Assembly: GCF_009914755.1 (NCBI RefSeq) | Contig: NC_060932.1 | Reading direction: 5' to 3' (one strand) | Length of the DNA stretch: 64,000 nucleotides | From: the human T2T-CHM13v2.0 reference genome, Homo sapiens | Notes under the pieces: model-generated | Databases searched by the model: none | Told to the model about the DNA's origin: nothing | What the model saw: only the letters and a program-made list of their open reading frames with translations | Made by a program: the position numbers and the translations under genes | Part shown: one piece after another, positions 52,976 to 64,000 of the stretch | Numbering within the stretch: position 1 is the stretch's first letter | Layout: every line of letters begins with the position of its first letter

Positions 52976-53819
52976 TGTCATCACGCCTTCAGCATCAGAA
53001 TACATCCATGGCTGTTTTGAAAGCATACAGCTTTACAATCCTCAACTAGCGAAAGAGACAGTGGCAATAACCAGACTTCCCAATGTGTAAGCACTGTGGG
53101 TACCATGCTGCGGAAACATTGCCCGCGGCTATAGACACAGGAGTATTGATCTGCCTGTGGATGTGAATTACAGCTCCTCTCCTGAGAGTGCAGAGGCAGC
53201 GGGTGTGTGGATTTTTACATCTTGAGCCTATTTCAGCCAGAGCTATGCTCAAGGTCAAACAACTTAAAATCCAGTAGACAGTCTTAGAGCAAAGAATTGA
53301 TCTCACTTGCATTTTGCTAATAAAATAAAAAGTAAACCATTTATCAGGACGACGTGCAACTTGTTGGCACCAAGCTGGGAATCAGATCCTCTAAAGAGAA
53401 GAAATCCTATTTTCCACTGTAAAAAAAAGTGTTGATACACTTGGCAAGGATGTCGGAATAGGGAAGGGGACACTTACAAAGTCAAGGAGAAACACTGTTC
53501 TTTCTCTTAGAGTAACAAGGAAATTCATTTCGCAACATACCATTTTGACAGTAGCATTGTGAATAGAGCCTATTGTTATCTCTGCCCTCTGGGAATATAC
53601 AGAAAGATACTGCCTTATCTGTGGAGGCTCAGGAACCTCACGGGGGCCATTTAGGAGCCCCAAATCTCACCATCTTCTCTCTGGGGAGTTTGGGGGAAAG
53701 TGGAAGAAATGAATAAAGAATTAGTTTTTTTAAAGTCTTTGAGAAATCTTCCAAGTGATGGCAAAGTATTCAGTGTGAAGGCTTAAAAGTGAACAGGCAG
53801 AAGGAATAAATGATATACC

Positions 53820-53990
53820 ACTTAACCTTTTGAACAATCCTGAGGGTTGAGTGTTATTGTTCCCATTTTACAGATGGGGCAAATGAGGTTCCAAGAAGTT
53901 AAAGACTCGAGGTCACAGTAAGACACAAAGCAAGGACTGGAACACAAACCTGACTCCTAATGCCCTGCCCCTTGAACTCTACCACATTTC
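53820..53990 (-). mobile_element. MIR
   Basis: ttattgttcccattttacagatggggcaaatgaggttc. Confidence 0.7.
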
Positions 53991-54123
53991 CCCAAAGTCA
54001 AATAGATACGTAAATAATAAGGGGTGTGTAGACACGCCCTTGGGAGAGAAAGCTGTATACCTCACAACCCATGAGATATGAGGGGGTCAAATAATATAAT
54101 TCATTTATTCATATGTCAGGTTA

Positions 54124-54420
54124 GGCCGGGAGCAGTGGGTCACACTTGTAATCCCAGCACTTTGGGAGGCCGAGGCAGGTGGATCACCGAAGGTCAGGAG
54201 TTCAAGACCAGCCTGGCCAACTTGGCGAAACCCCGTCTCTACTAAAAATACAAAAATTTGCCAGGCATGCTGGCAGGTGCCTGTAATCCCAGCTACTTGG
54301 GAGGCTGAGGCAGAAGAATTGCTTGAACCTGGGAGCAGAGGTTGCAGTGAGCTGAGAGCACACACTGCACTCCAGCCTAGGTGGCAGAGTGAGAATCCAT
54401 CTCAAAAAAAAAAAAAAAAA
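54124..54420 (+). mobile_element. AluS
   Basis: Full dimer; TSD tcaggtta. Confidence 0.93.
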
Positions 54421-54921
54421 ATTCAGGTTATGTCTATGTTTAACCAGTAATATATATGGGGCACAGGGAGACAAATAGGGCACAGTTGTCTCTACCTTGA
54501 AGGGGCATGAAGTCTAGAAGGAGAAATGTGAATTACAGAAATGACAAAGCAGGAACAGTGTGCACAACAGGACACAGGTGCAGACCCACACGGAAGCCCA
54601 GCAGGGAGAGGCGGCTGCCAGGGACAGGTGGCAGGAGAAACTTTAACCCAATTGTGGGAAAGAAACTTTCATGCTAAAGAAAGCATACACAAAGAGAGGC
54701 GAGATAGGATATAAAAATGCTTTAAAAATGTATAAAATGTAAAGAATTATTTGAAGAGAAATCCATACGGAAATTCACACTGGACAGACTTCAGCTTTTG
54801 TAACACCCAGGGTCAGTCCCCAGAACAGAATTAACTCGTCTCAGCTCCTCAGACTGTTATAAATCTGAAGTTGAAAAGGATTCTTTAGAACCCTAATGAT
54901 GTTACAACTAAGTTTTCATTA

Positions 54922-55368
54922 CAGCAGTCCCCCTTATCCATGGGTGATACAAGCTAAGACTTCTAGCGGGTGCCTGAAACCGCAGATAGCACCAAACCCT
55001 CACATATCCTACTTTTTTCCTATATATACACATCTGTGATAACGTTTAATTTATAAATTAGGCACAATAAGAGATAAACAATAATAAAATAAGACAATTA
55101 TAATGATATAGTGTAATAAAATTTATATGAATGTGGTCTCTATCTCTTCTCCCCCTCTCAGACTATCTTATTGTACGGTAGTCACCCTTCTTTCTGTGAG
55201 GAAGAAGGGGTAGAGCAGATGGCATGGATTTCATCGTGCTACTCAGAACAGTGTGCAACTTAAAACTTATGAATTAGTTCTAGAATTTTCCACTTATGCT
55301 TTCAGACTGAAGTTGACTATGAATCTGAAACCACAAAGACCAAAACTGAAGATAAGGGGGGACTACTG
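54922..55368. mobile_element. MER44-like (TcMar-Tigger) MITE
   Basis: TIRs cagcagtcccccttatc / gataaggggggactactg with TA on both sides. Confidence 0.85.
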
Positions 55369-57888
55369 TAATACGTTATGTAATGCATTAGTTTAGCATA
55401 TTGAAACAATTACAGTGAAATAAGTATGATGGGAACTGAAAATTAGGGAATAGATAAGTTCAGGTTATGAAGACACATAGAAAGATAAACTGTTGTGTGA
55501 TATAATGCTCAGTAGACACCTCTACTTCTGTGCTGATGGAGTAGACACACTTCTCCTTATCCCTCTGCTAGGTACTACTAAACTCTGGACAGTGAAGGTA
55601 AAACAAACAGAAGACACTAAGAGGTGGAAAAAAGAAAACAAACTAGGGAGGGAATGTGGTTTCCAAGTAACCTGGTGGTGAGCTCCCTGGTTTTCTTCTT
55701 GCTCCACATGTTGCTGACTTGGGACTGAAGAAGCTGCCAACCCAGAAACGCAAATGGATGTCAACCAAGAAAGCCCGAATCAAAGCCTGCTCTCTAGCCA
55801 AACAACAGGAAAGGGATAGCCAAGAAGACAGCAACCACTCTACTCCAGCCAAACACCAAAGAAAGAAACTATGACCCCAACCCCACCCATGCCAGCAAGG
55901 GCCAAGTGGAGAGCTTAGACTTCCCCCCTCACCAAGCTACCACAAGGTGCCCCCAATGCTCTCAAAACCAGGCAGTGTCAGAGAAAGCTGAGGACGGATC
56001 AAGATGTTAAGTACCTTCCAGGTGATAATGATTTTAAGCACCTTCCAGATGATAATAATTTTTTATCACTACCACCTCTCTGTAGTGTCAGTGGAGACCA
56101 CAGGGGGAGCCTGGACTTCTACCCCCACCTGCGGTAGTCATGAGGTACCCTTTCCTCACCCCAGTGGGGTGGTGTCAGAGGTTGCCTGATGAAAAGTCAA
56201 GACTTTCACCACCAACCAGCAGTAACAAGACCAGCTTCCTCTCCCCCAGAAAATAAAGTGTTAGTGGTGAAAATAAAGTGTAACTGGACATGAGGAGCAA
56301 CAACAGGCTACTCAATCCCCTCCCAGTTAAGTTGGCATTAGTGGAAGCTTAGTAATTCTTACATCTATCCAGCAGTAACAAGGAACCCCTTCCACTCCCC
56401 ACTGAGGTATCAACAGAGGCGAGAGAGGAACCTGGACCTTAACCTTCACCTGGCAATAGCAACACAGTATCCTCCCTTCTCCTGCTGGAAGGGTGTCAGA
56501 CAAAGCCAGCTAAAACAGAAGGTTTACAAAGATTCAGAGTCTCATAACATAATATCCAAAATGTCCAGGTTTCAGCTAAAAAATCATTCATCATACCAAG
56601 AACCATGAAGATCTCAAACTGACTTTAAAAAGAAAATAGATGACAACACTGAGATGACAGGGATGTTACAATTACCTGACAAAGATTTTGAAACACTCAT
56701 GGTGAAAATGATTCAACCAGTGATTATGAATACACATTAGACAAATGAAAATATAGAAAATCTCAGCAAAAAAATAGAAGATATAAAGAAGAATAAAAAC
56801 AAAACTTTTAGAACTGAAAATGAAATAACCAAATTTAAAACTCAATGGATGGGCTCAATAACGGAAGAGAGAGGACAGAGGAAAGAATCTGTGAACTTGA
56901 AGATAGGGCAATAGAAGCTACCCAGTCTGAACAACAAAGAGAAATTCAACTGAAAATAAAAATGAACAGAGCCTCAGGAACCTATGGCACTAAAACAAAT
57001 TATCTAACCATTTGTATCACTGGGGACCCAGAAGGAGAAGAGAAAAAGGATTGGATTAAAAAACTACTTGAAGAAATAATAGCTGAAAACTTTCCAAATT
57101 TGGCAAAAGACGGCCTACAGATTCAAGAAAAGCCCCAAATAGGATAAACTCAGAAGAATCCTCACCAAGGCATATCATAGTCAAATTTCCAAGAACTTAA
57201 AATCTTGAAAGCATCAAGAAAAATGTGACACCTTACTTATAATGAGAAACAACTCAAATTACAAGGGATTTCTCTTAGCTAAATGAAGTTCTCTAGACAG
57301 AAAGGAAACAACTTAAACTTTGGAACATCAGGAAGTAAAGAACATGATAAACAAAAATAGGGTTAAATATAATAGACTTTACTTAAGTTTTCTAAATTAT
57401 GTTCAATGGGGTTGAAGCAAAAATAACACCATCTGCTGTGGTTCTACATGTATGTAGAGGAAATATTAAAGAATTGTATTGTAAACAGAGAGGGTAAAGG
57501 ACTATAAAGGGAGATCGTTTCTACGATTCATGAACTAGTAAAATGTGGATGGCAAAAGACTGTTAAGTTGTATATATACAATATAATAGTTAAGCAATCA
57601 CTAAAGAAATGATATAAATATACTCCAAATGATATAGATAAATCAAAATGAAATTCTAAAAAATGTTCAAGTGACCCACATGAAGGAAGAAAAAATAACA
57701 GAGAAACCAAAAATAGAACAGAAAACAAAAAATAAAATGAAAGATGTAAACCCTAATTAGTGCAATAATTACATTAAATATAAATGATCTAGATACACCA
57801 ATCAAAAGACAGGGATTGTCAGAGTGAATTAGAAAAAGATCTAATTATATGATGTCTACAGGATACTCACATTAAATATAATGATGTA

Positions 57889-58090
57889 ATGGTGAAACCC
57901 TGGGTCTACTAAAAATACAAAAATTAGTCAGGCATGGTGGCAGGCTCCTGTAATCCCAGCTACTCAGGAGGCTGAGGCAGGGAGAATTGCTTGAACCCGG
58001 GAGGCAGAGGTTGCAGTGAGCCAAGATCGCACCACTGCACTCCAGCCTGGGTGACAGCGCGAGACTCTGTCTCAAAAACAAACAAACAAA
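57889..58090 (+). mobile_element. 5'-truncated AluS
   Basis: Starts at atggtgaaaccc; TSD atataat(g/a)atgta. Confidence 0.9.
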
Positions 58091-58571
58091 ATCTATCTAT
58101 CTATATATATAATAATGTAAGCAGGTTGAAAGTAAAAAGATGAAAAACAATATATGATACAAACATTAATCAAAGAAAGCAGGAGTTGCTGTATTAACAT
58201 CAGATAAAATAGGCTTTAGAGCAAGAAAATTATTAGATACAGAGAGAAACATTACATAATAAGTATCAATCTACCAAGAAGACATAGCACCTTGAATGTG
58301 AATGCACCAAACAGAGCTTCAAAATGTATGAAGCAAAAACTGAAAACTGAAATAGATAAATTCATAATTACACTCTTCTCTCAAAAATCGATAGAACTAC
58401 ATAGAAAATCAGGAAGGAGATAGAAATATCAGACAATACAGGATCTAACATTTGTAGAACACTATATTCAACAATAGAATACACATTCTTTTCATGTGCA
58501 TATGGAACATATACCAAGATAGATCATATCGTGGGCCATAAAACAAACTTCAGCAAATTTAAAATAATTTA

Positions 58572-59316
58572 AGAACATGGGCAGCCAATCCTGATGCGGC
58601 TCCCTGGAGCCTGATGCCAAGCAGCTCCCCAGTGGGCTAAGCAGGGGTTGGCATCATGGATTTCTTCAAAGCATTGCTGAAGAGGTCAGCACCTTGAGGC
58701 TTCCAGCTGCAAGGGGGCAAGGACCTCAATGTGCCCTTCTCCATTTCCTGGCTCACTCCTGGAGGCAAATGATCTGAGCCTGCATAAAGTGCCTCAGCCT
58801 GGGTCTCAGCAGGTCTCAGCCAGTTCAGAGCAAACCACAGGAGGTTCTGGCTCCTGCCACAAACCCCCTGCAGTTCACGCTTGCACCCAGCACCTTCAAC
58901 AAGATGGCCTGGCCCTTCAGGGCACCCCCACCACCTGCTGGCAATGCACCATAGCAGAATGGACAGCTGCTCCAACTGCTGGTCCCAGATGCCACCAAGC
59001 AGTGGCTGATGGAGAACACCAAGGACTGGCCACCATGGTCTAGGACAGGCCAGTCACATTCCTTCAGCATCCTTGCCCACGTCATAGACACGGAGTTCAT
59101 GCAAGACCTGGATGAGGAACACCTGAAGAAATCAAGGGAAAAGTATGTCCTGGGGCTATAGAGCCCATGCTGACCTGCCTCCAGGATTGGTACCACCAGC
59201 ACTCTGCCCACATGCTCAATGTACAGTTGTAGCTTAGCCCTCTCCAGCTGGCTGCCCTGTCTACCTCTTTCTATTCCTTCTGCCCATGGCCAGCAATAAA
59301 CACAAGGTCACAAAAA
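58572..59316 (+). pseudogene. Processed pseudogene of PDLIM7 (Enigma), short LIM-less isoform
   Basis: ATG 58656: MDFFKALLKRSAP*GFQLQGGKDLNVPFSISWLTPGGK...LSLGLSRSQPVQSKPQE...LVPDATKQWLMENTKDWPP...GQSHSFSILAHVIDTEFMQDLDEEHLKKSREKYVLGL*...LQDWYHQHSAHMLNVQL* (TAG 59230-59232). Intronless, AATAAA 59295-59300, short A-run 59312-59316. Confidence 0.93.
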
Positions 59317-61650
59317 TTTAAATTACAATACCATTTGCAATCACTCAAAAAAAAAGGAAATGCTTAGGTATAAATTTAACAAAACACCTTCAGGTCTTAC
59401 ATGCTGAAAATTACAAAATGCTGAAAAAAGAAACCAAAGATCTAAATAAATGAAGATACATACCAATAATCCAAGAATACCATGTTCATGGATTGGAAGA
59501 CTCAACATAATAAAATTATCAATTATCCCCAAATTAATATACAGGTTTAATGTACTTCCTGTTAAAATCCCAGTAAGAATTTCTTAGAGAACAATCTAAA
59601 ATTTATATAAAAGGCAAAGACATTAAAACAGCTAAAACAATTTTGAAAAAAGAATAAATTTGAAGGAGTCAGCTTATTATTTAGCAACTGTAATCAAGAC
59701 TGTGTGGTGTTGGTGGAGGAATAGACACACAGATGACTGAAACAGAATAGAGAACTCAGAAATAAACCTACATATGCCCAACTATTTTTTGACAAAAGTA
59801 CAAAAGCAATCTAATGGAGAAAGGACAGTTTTTTCAACAAATGGCGCTGGAGCAATTGGATAGCCATAGGTTAAAAAAAAAATGAACCTTGACCAAAGCC
59901 TCACATTTCATACAAAATTTACAGACTTAAATGTAACATAAGACTTAAGTGTAAGACACAAAATTATTAAACTTTTAGAAAAATATAGGAAAATCATCAG
60001 GATCTAGACAAAGTTTTTAAGCTTGACACCAAAACCACAATCCATTTACAAAAATTGTAAATTGAACTTCACCTAGATGTAAAACTTTCACTCTGCAAAA
60101 GATCCCATTAAGAGGATGGGAGAAAATGTTTACAAACCATATATCTAACAAAGGACTAGTAACTAGAATATATAAAGAATTCTTAAAACTCACCAGTAAA
60201 ACCAAGCAATCCAATTAGAAAATGGGTAAGAGACATAAAAAGACATTTCACTGAAGAGGACGTACATGTGGCAAATAAGCACATGAAAAGATGTTCATCA
60301 ACATTAGTCATTAGGGAAATGCAAACTAAAACCACAATGAGATATCCCTACATACCTAAGAGAATCACTAAAAAATAATAGTCACAATACCAAATGCTAA
60401 CAAGGATGCAGAGAAATAGGATTGTTCATATATTACTGGTGGGAATGTAAAGTAACAGCTATTCTAGCAGACAGCTTGGCAGTTTCTTCAAAAACTAAAC
60501 ACACGATCACCATACAACTCAACAACTGCATTCCTGGGCACTTACCCCAGGGAAATGAAACTTATGTGTGCACAAAAATTTGCACACAATGTTTATAAGC
60601 AGCTTTATTTGTAACAGCACAAAATTTCAAACAACTCAGATGTCTTTCAGCAGGTGAATGGTTAAACACACTATGGTACATCTACACAATGGAATTCTAC
60701 TCAGCAATGAAAAGGAACAAACTATTAATAACAATTGATAGATATCAATAACAATCTGGATAAATCTTCAGAGAATGATGCTAAGTGGAAAAAGCTAACT
60801 CAAAGGTTTACATACTGTATGGTTATATTTATATAATATTCTTGAAATTATAAAAACTGTAGAAATGGAGATAAGATTAATGAGGATGGGGGTGGTTATA
60901 AAAGGGGTACATGAGGGATCCTTGCAGTGATGGAAATGTTCTGTATCTGGACTATTTCAATGTCAATATTCTGGTTGTAATATTGCACTTCTAATATTGC
61001 ACTGTAATATTGTAGTTTCATAAGATGTGACCATTGGGGGAACTAAGTAAAGGGAACATGGAATCTTTCTGTATTACTTGCAACTGCCTGTCAATCACAA
61101 TTATCTCAAAATAAAAAAAATGCAGTGGAAACATAGACTACAAGAGGATATATACAATAATTGCAACTATGTAAAAATATGGGCACAGCAGGGAAAGAGC
61201 ATACAAAACTGAAAATTCTTTGGCGTATAATTATAGAGAACTTAGTTTCCTAAAATTTAAAACCATTATTCTTTCACTGTGTCTTTTATAATTTGTCTAA
61301 GGTCTTTGGGACAGCATTGTGCCGACTGTTTCAATATTTTTTACCACATGTACAAATACCAGGTTTCAATTTTTGTTGCCAGGGGAGCAAAAAGTGCACC
61401 CGACTTAATCTGTCCATCAACGAGTCATATAAAATCTCTAAGCCTTGGTTTCTTTGGAAGATCAATAACATCTCTTCCATCTGCCTCACCGCGTTGTTAA
61501 ATGAGGCTCAAAATGGAAGGTGCTTCCAATCTGAAAAGCCATTGTAAAGCCAATGTAGTACGCAATTACAAAGTAGTCCCCCATTTTAGATAGCCAATGT
61601 GCAGTTTTATCAACTAAAATTGACTGAAGCAAGGAATTACATTTATCTAG

Positions 61651-62026
61651 TGTTATGGGCTGAATTGTGTCTCCCTGAAATTCATATGTTTAAGCCCTGA
61701 CCTTTAGTTCCTCAGCATGGGATTGTGCTTGAACGTAGGGTTCTTAAAGAGGTAACTGAGGTTAAATAAAGTTATTAGGGTAGGCCCTAATCCAATATGA
61801 CTGGTGTCCTTATAGGAAGATTATGACATAGACATGCACAACCATGTAAGGACACAGGGAGGAGACGGACATCTCCAAGCCAAGGAGAGAGGCCTCAGGA
61901 GAAACCAACCCTGATGGCTCATGACCTTGGACTTCCGGTCTCCAGAGCTGTGCAAGGATAAGTATCCATTGTTGAAGCCATCCAGTATGTGGTACTTTGT
62001 GATGGCAGCCAAGCAAACTAATTCAT
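61651..62026 (+). mobile_element. MLT1A/B-type LTR
   Basis: tgttatgggctgaattgtgtc...gccctaatccaatatgactggtgtcctta...gtggtactttgtgatggcagcc. Confidence 0.85.
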
Positions 62027-62114
62027 CAACCTTGAATCCCCCATTAAAGGTTTGACCGTTAGCAAGCTATGTCCAACAAAGTGTCCCACAGCGTACTAAC
62101 ATGGATGTAGCCTG

Positions 62115-62330
62115 GCCTTGGAATCAAATCACCCTTGGCTACGATTCTGTGTCTGCCACTTGTGAGCTGTGTGACTTGGGGAAATGACTTCTGCCTCTGG
62201 ACCTTAGGTTCATTACGTATTAAAGGTGGTTCCTTCCTCCCGGGGTTAAATAAGGATGCAGTGAGACTGGATTAAATGACAGGATGTTTATGAAGGCCTG
62301 ACCCATACAAGGCACTGTGTGTATTAGCTT
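62115..62330 (+). mobile_element. MIR
   Basis: ctgccacttgtgagctgtgtgacttggggaaatgacttctgcctctg. Confidence 0.65.
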
Positions 62331-62470
62331 CCCTTCCTTATCTTGAGGATTGTGTATCCCCAGATAAATTGATACCATCTTCACTCATGGAGTCCCTAGT
62401 ACTTTTACATGTCTTCACATTTTCATATGATTTTCAACTTAACCAGTCTTCAGTTAAGATAGGAAGAGTG

Positions 62471-62780
62471 GGCTGAGCACTGTGGCTCATGCCTGCAATC
62501 CCAGCACAGTGGGAAACTGCAATCCCAGCACATTGGGAAACTAAGGCAGGAGGATCCCTTCAGCCCAGGAGCTCAAGACCAGCTTGGATAACAGAGTGAG
62601 ACCCATTCTCTACAAAAAAAATAAAATTAGCCAGGCATGGTGGCACATGCCTCTGGCCCTAGCTACTCGGGGAGCTTAGCTTGGGCCTGGGAGGTCAAGG
62701 CTGCAGTGAGCTCTGATTGTGCCACTGTACTCCAGCCTGGGCAACAGAGCCAGACCCTGTCTTGGGGGAAGAAAAAGAAG
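62471..62780 (+). mobile_element. AluJ with 24-bp internal tandem duplication
   Basis: Dimer; ctgcaatcccagcaca(g/t)tgggaaa occurs twice. Confidence 0.9.
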
Positions 62781-62914
62781 TAAACAGAGAGAGAAACCTA
62801 AACAATTTGGACAAAATACAGAGCTAAACGGTAGAAGAGTCCAAAATCCAGGCTTCCTGGCTTTTCTTTGACTGGAAAGATGGAAACTCCTAGTGTGGAA
62901 CGAGGCTAACCCCA

Positions 62915-63025
62915 TGCAGGATAAGAATTTCTCTTGTTGGAGGCTGTGTCACAGGCCATGGTCACTCATATTTGGCTCAGAATAAATCTCTTCAAATATT
63001 TTACAGAGTGTGACTATTTTCATCA
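62915..63025 (+). mobile_element. MER4-group ERV1 LTR 3' fragment
   Basis: ggctgtgtcacaggccatggtcactcatatttggctcagaataaatctcttcaaatattttacagag. Confidence 0.75.
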
Positions 63026-63381
63026 ATAATATGTATGAAAGGGACAGAAGTAATTTTTCTAATTTAAATAAAGGGTATCCCTGCCCCCCAAATCCATCCA
63101 GATTCATTCTTCCCAAACACAAACTTCATTCTATTTCTTTGCTATCTAAGATCCTTCTCTGACTCCTCTTCCCTGATGTTGGAATGAAATTGCGTCCAAC
63201 TCTTTCCGTCTGACCATCACCTCCCCACATGGTCAGCCTCTGGCTCCTTGTCCCGCCTTTCTCACAACCCCCCTCCACCTCACAGGGCTCACTTCCCAGC
63301 TCACCCCTTGGCCACACTCATTTCCACCTTCAAGCCTCTGCTCTAGCCCTCCCTCCCCCAACTCCTCTCCATGCAAACTAA

Positions 63382-64000
<619 letters not shown>

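Larger units (their letters stand above)
55520..61120 (+). mobile_element. Long decayed L1MD-type element (5' UTR, ORF1, deleted ORF2, 3' UTR) hosting an Alu and the PDLIM7 retrocopy
   Basis: ORF1-like EERICELEDRAIE...LLEEIIAENFPNLAKD (56845-57147); ORF2 EN-like and C-terminal remnants; 3' end ttatctcaaaataaaaaaaa. Confidence 0.8.

Noticed and set aside
56005-56062. ~27-bp tandem duplicate
   Set aside because: Only two copies inside an L1 5' region with no spacer; not an array or CRISPR-like structure.
58637-59211. Three overlapping 104-128 aa ORFs
   Set aside because: Off-frame or antisense readings of the GC-rich PDLIM7 retrocopy; the true frame contains stops.

Overview
Primate (human-like) genomic DNA, repeat-rich, roughly 45% GC by eye. 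The only intact protein-coding sequence is the terminal exon of ELP3 (9838-9914, +), preceded by part of the last intron and followed by an Alu-containing 3' UTR with several poly(A) signals (to ~11345). The rest is intergenic and dominated by Alu, L1, L2, MIR, MaLR/ERVL/ERV1 LTR and Tigger/hAT relics. Two decayed processed pseudogenes are missed by the ORF track: a DEGS1 retrocopy (~46096-48450) split by an ERV1 solo LTR and an Alu, and a retrocopy of the short LIM-less PDLIM7 isoform (58572-59316) lying inside an old L1 at a large L1 deletion. The notable structural signals are an L1PA with an apparent 3' transduction bounded by a perfect 14-bp TSD, two antisense Alus flanked by very long direct duplications (44 and ~95 bp), an 82-nt pre-miRNA-like hairpin, a TAATG stop-start dORF after ELP3, and a closely spaced inverted Alu pair. 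I found no convincing new multi-gene system. Repeat subfamily names and most repeat boundaries come from recalled consensus sequences and are approximate; no database search was run.
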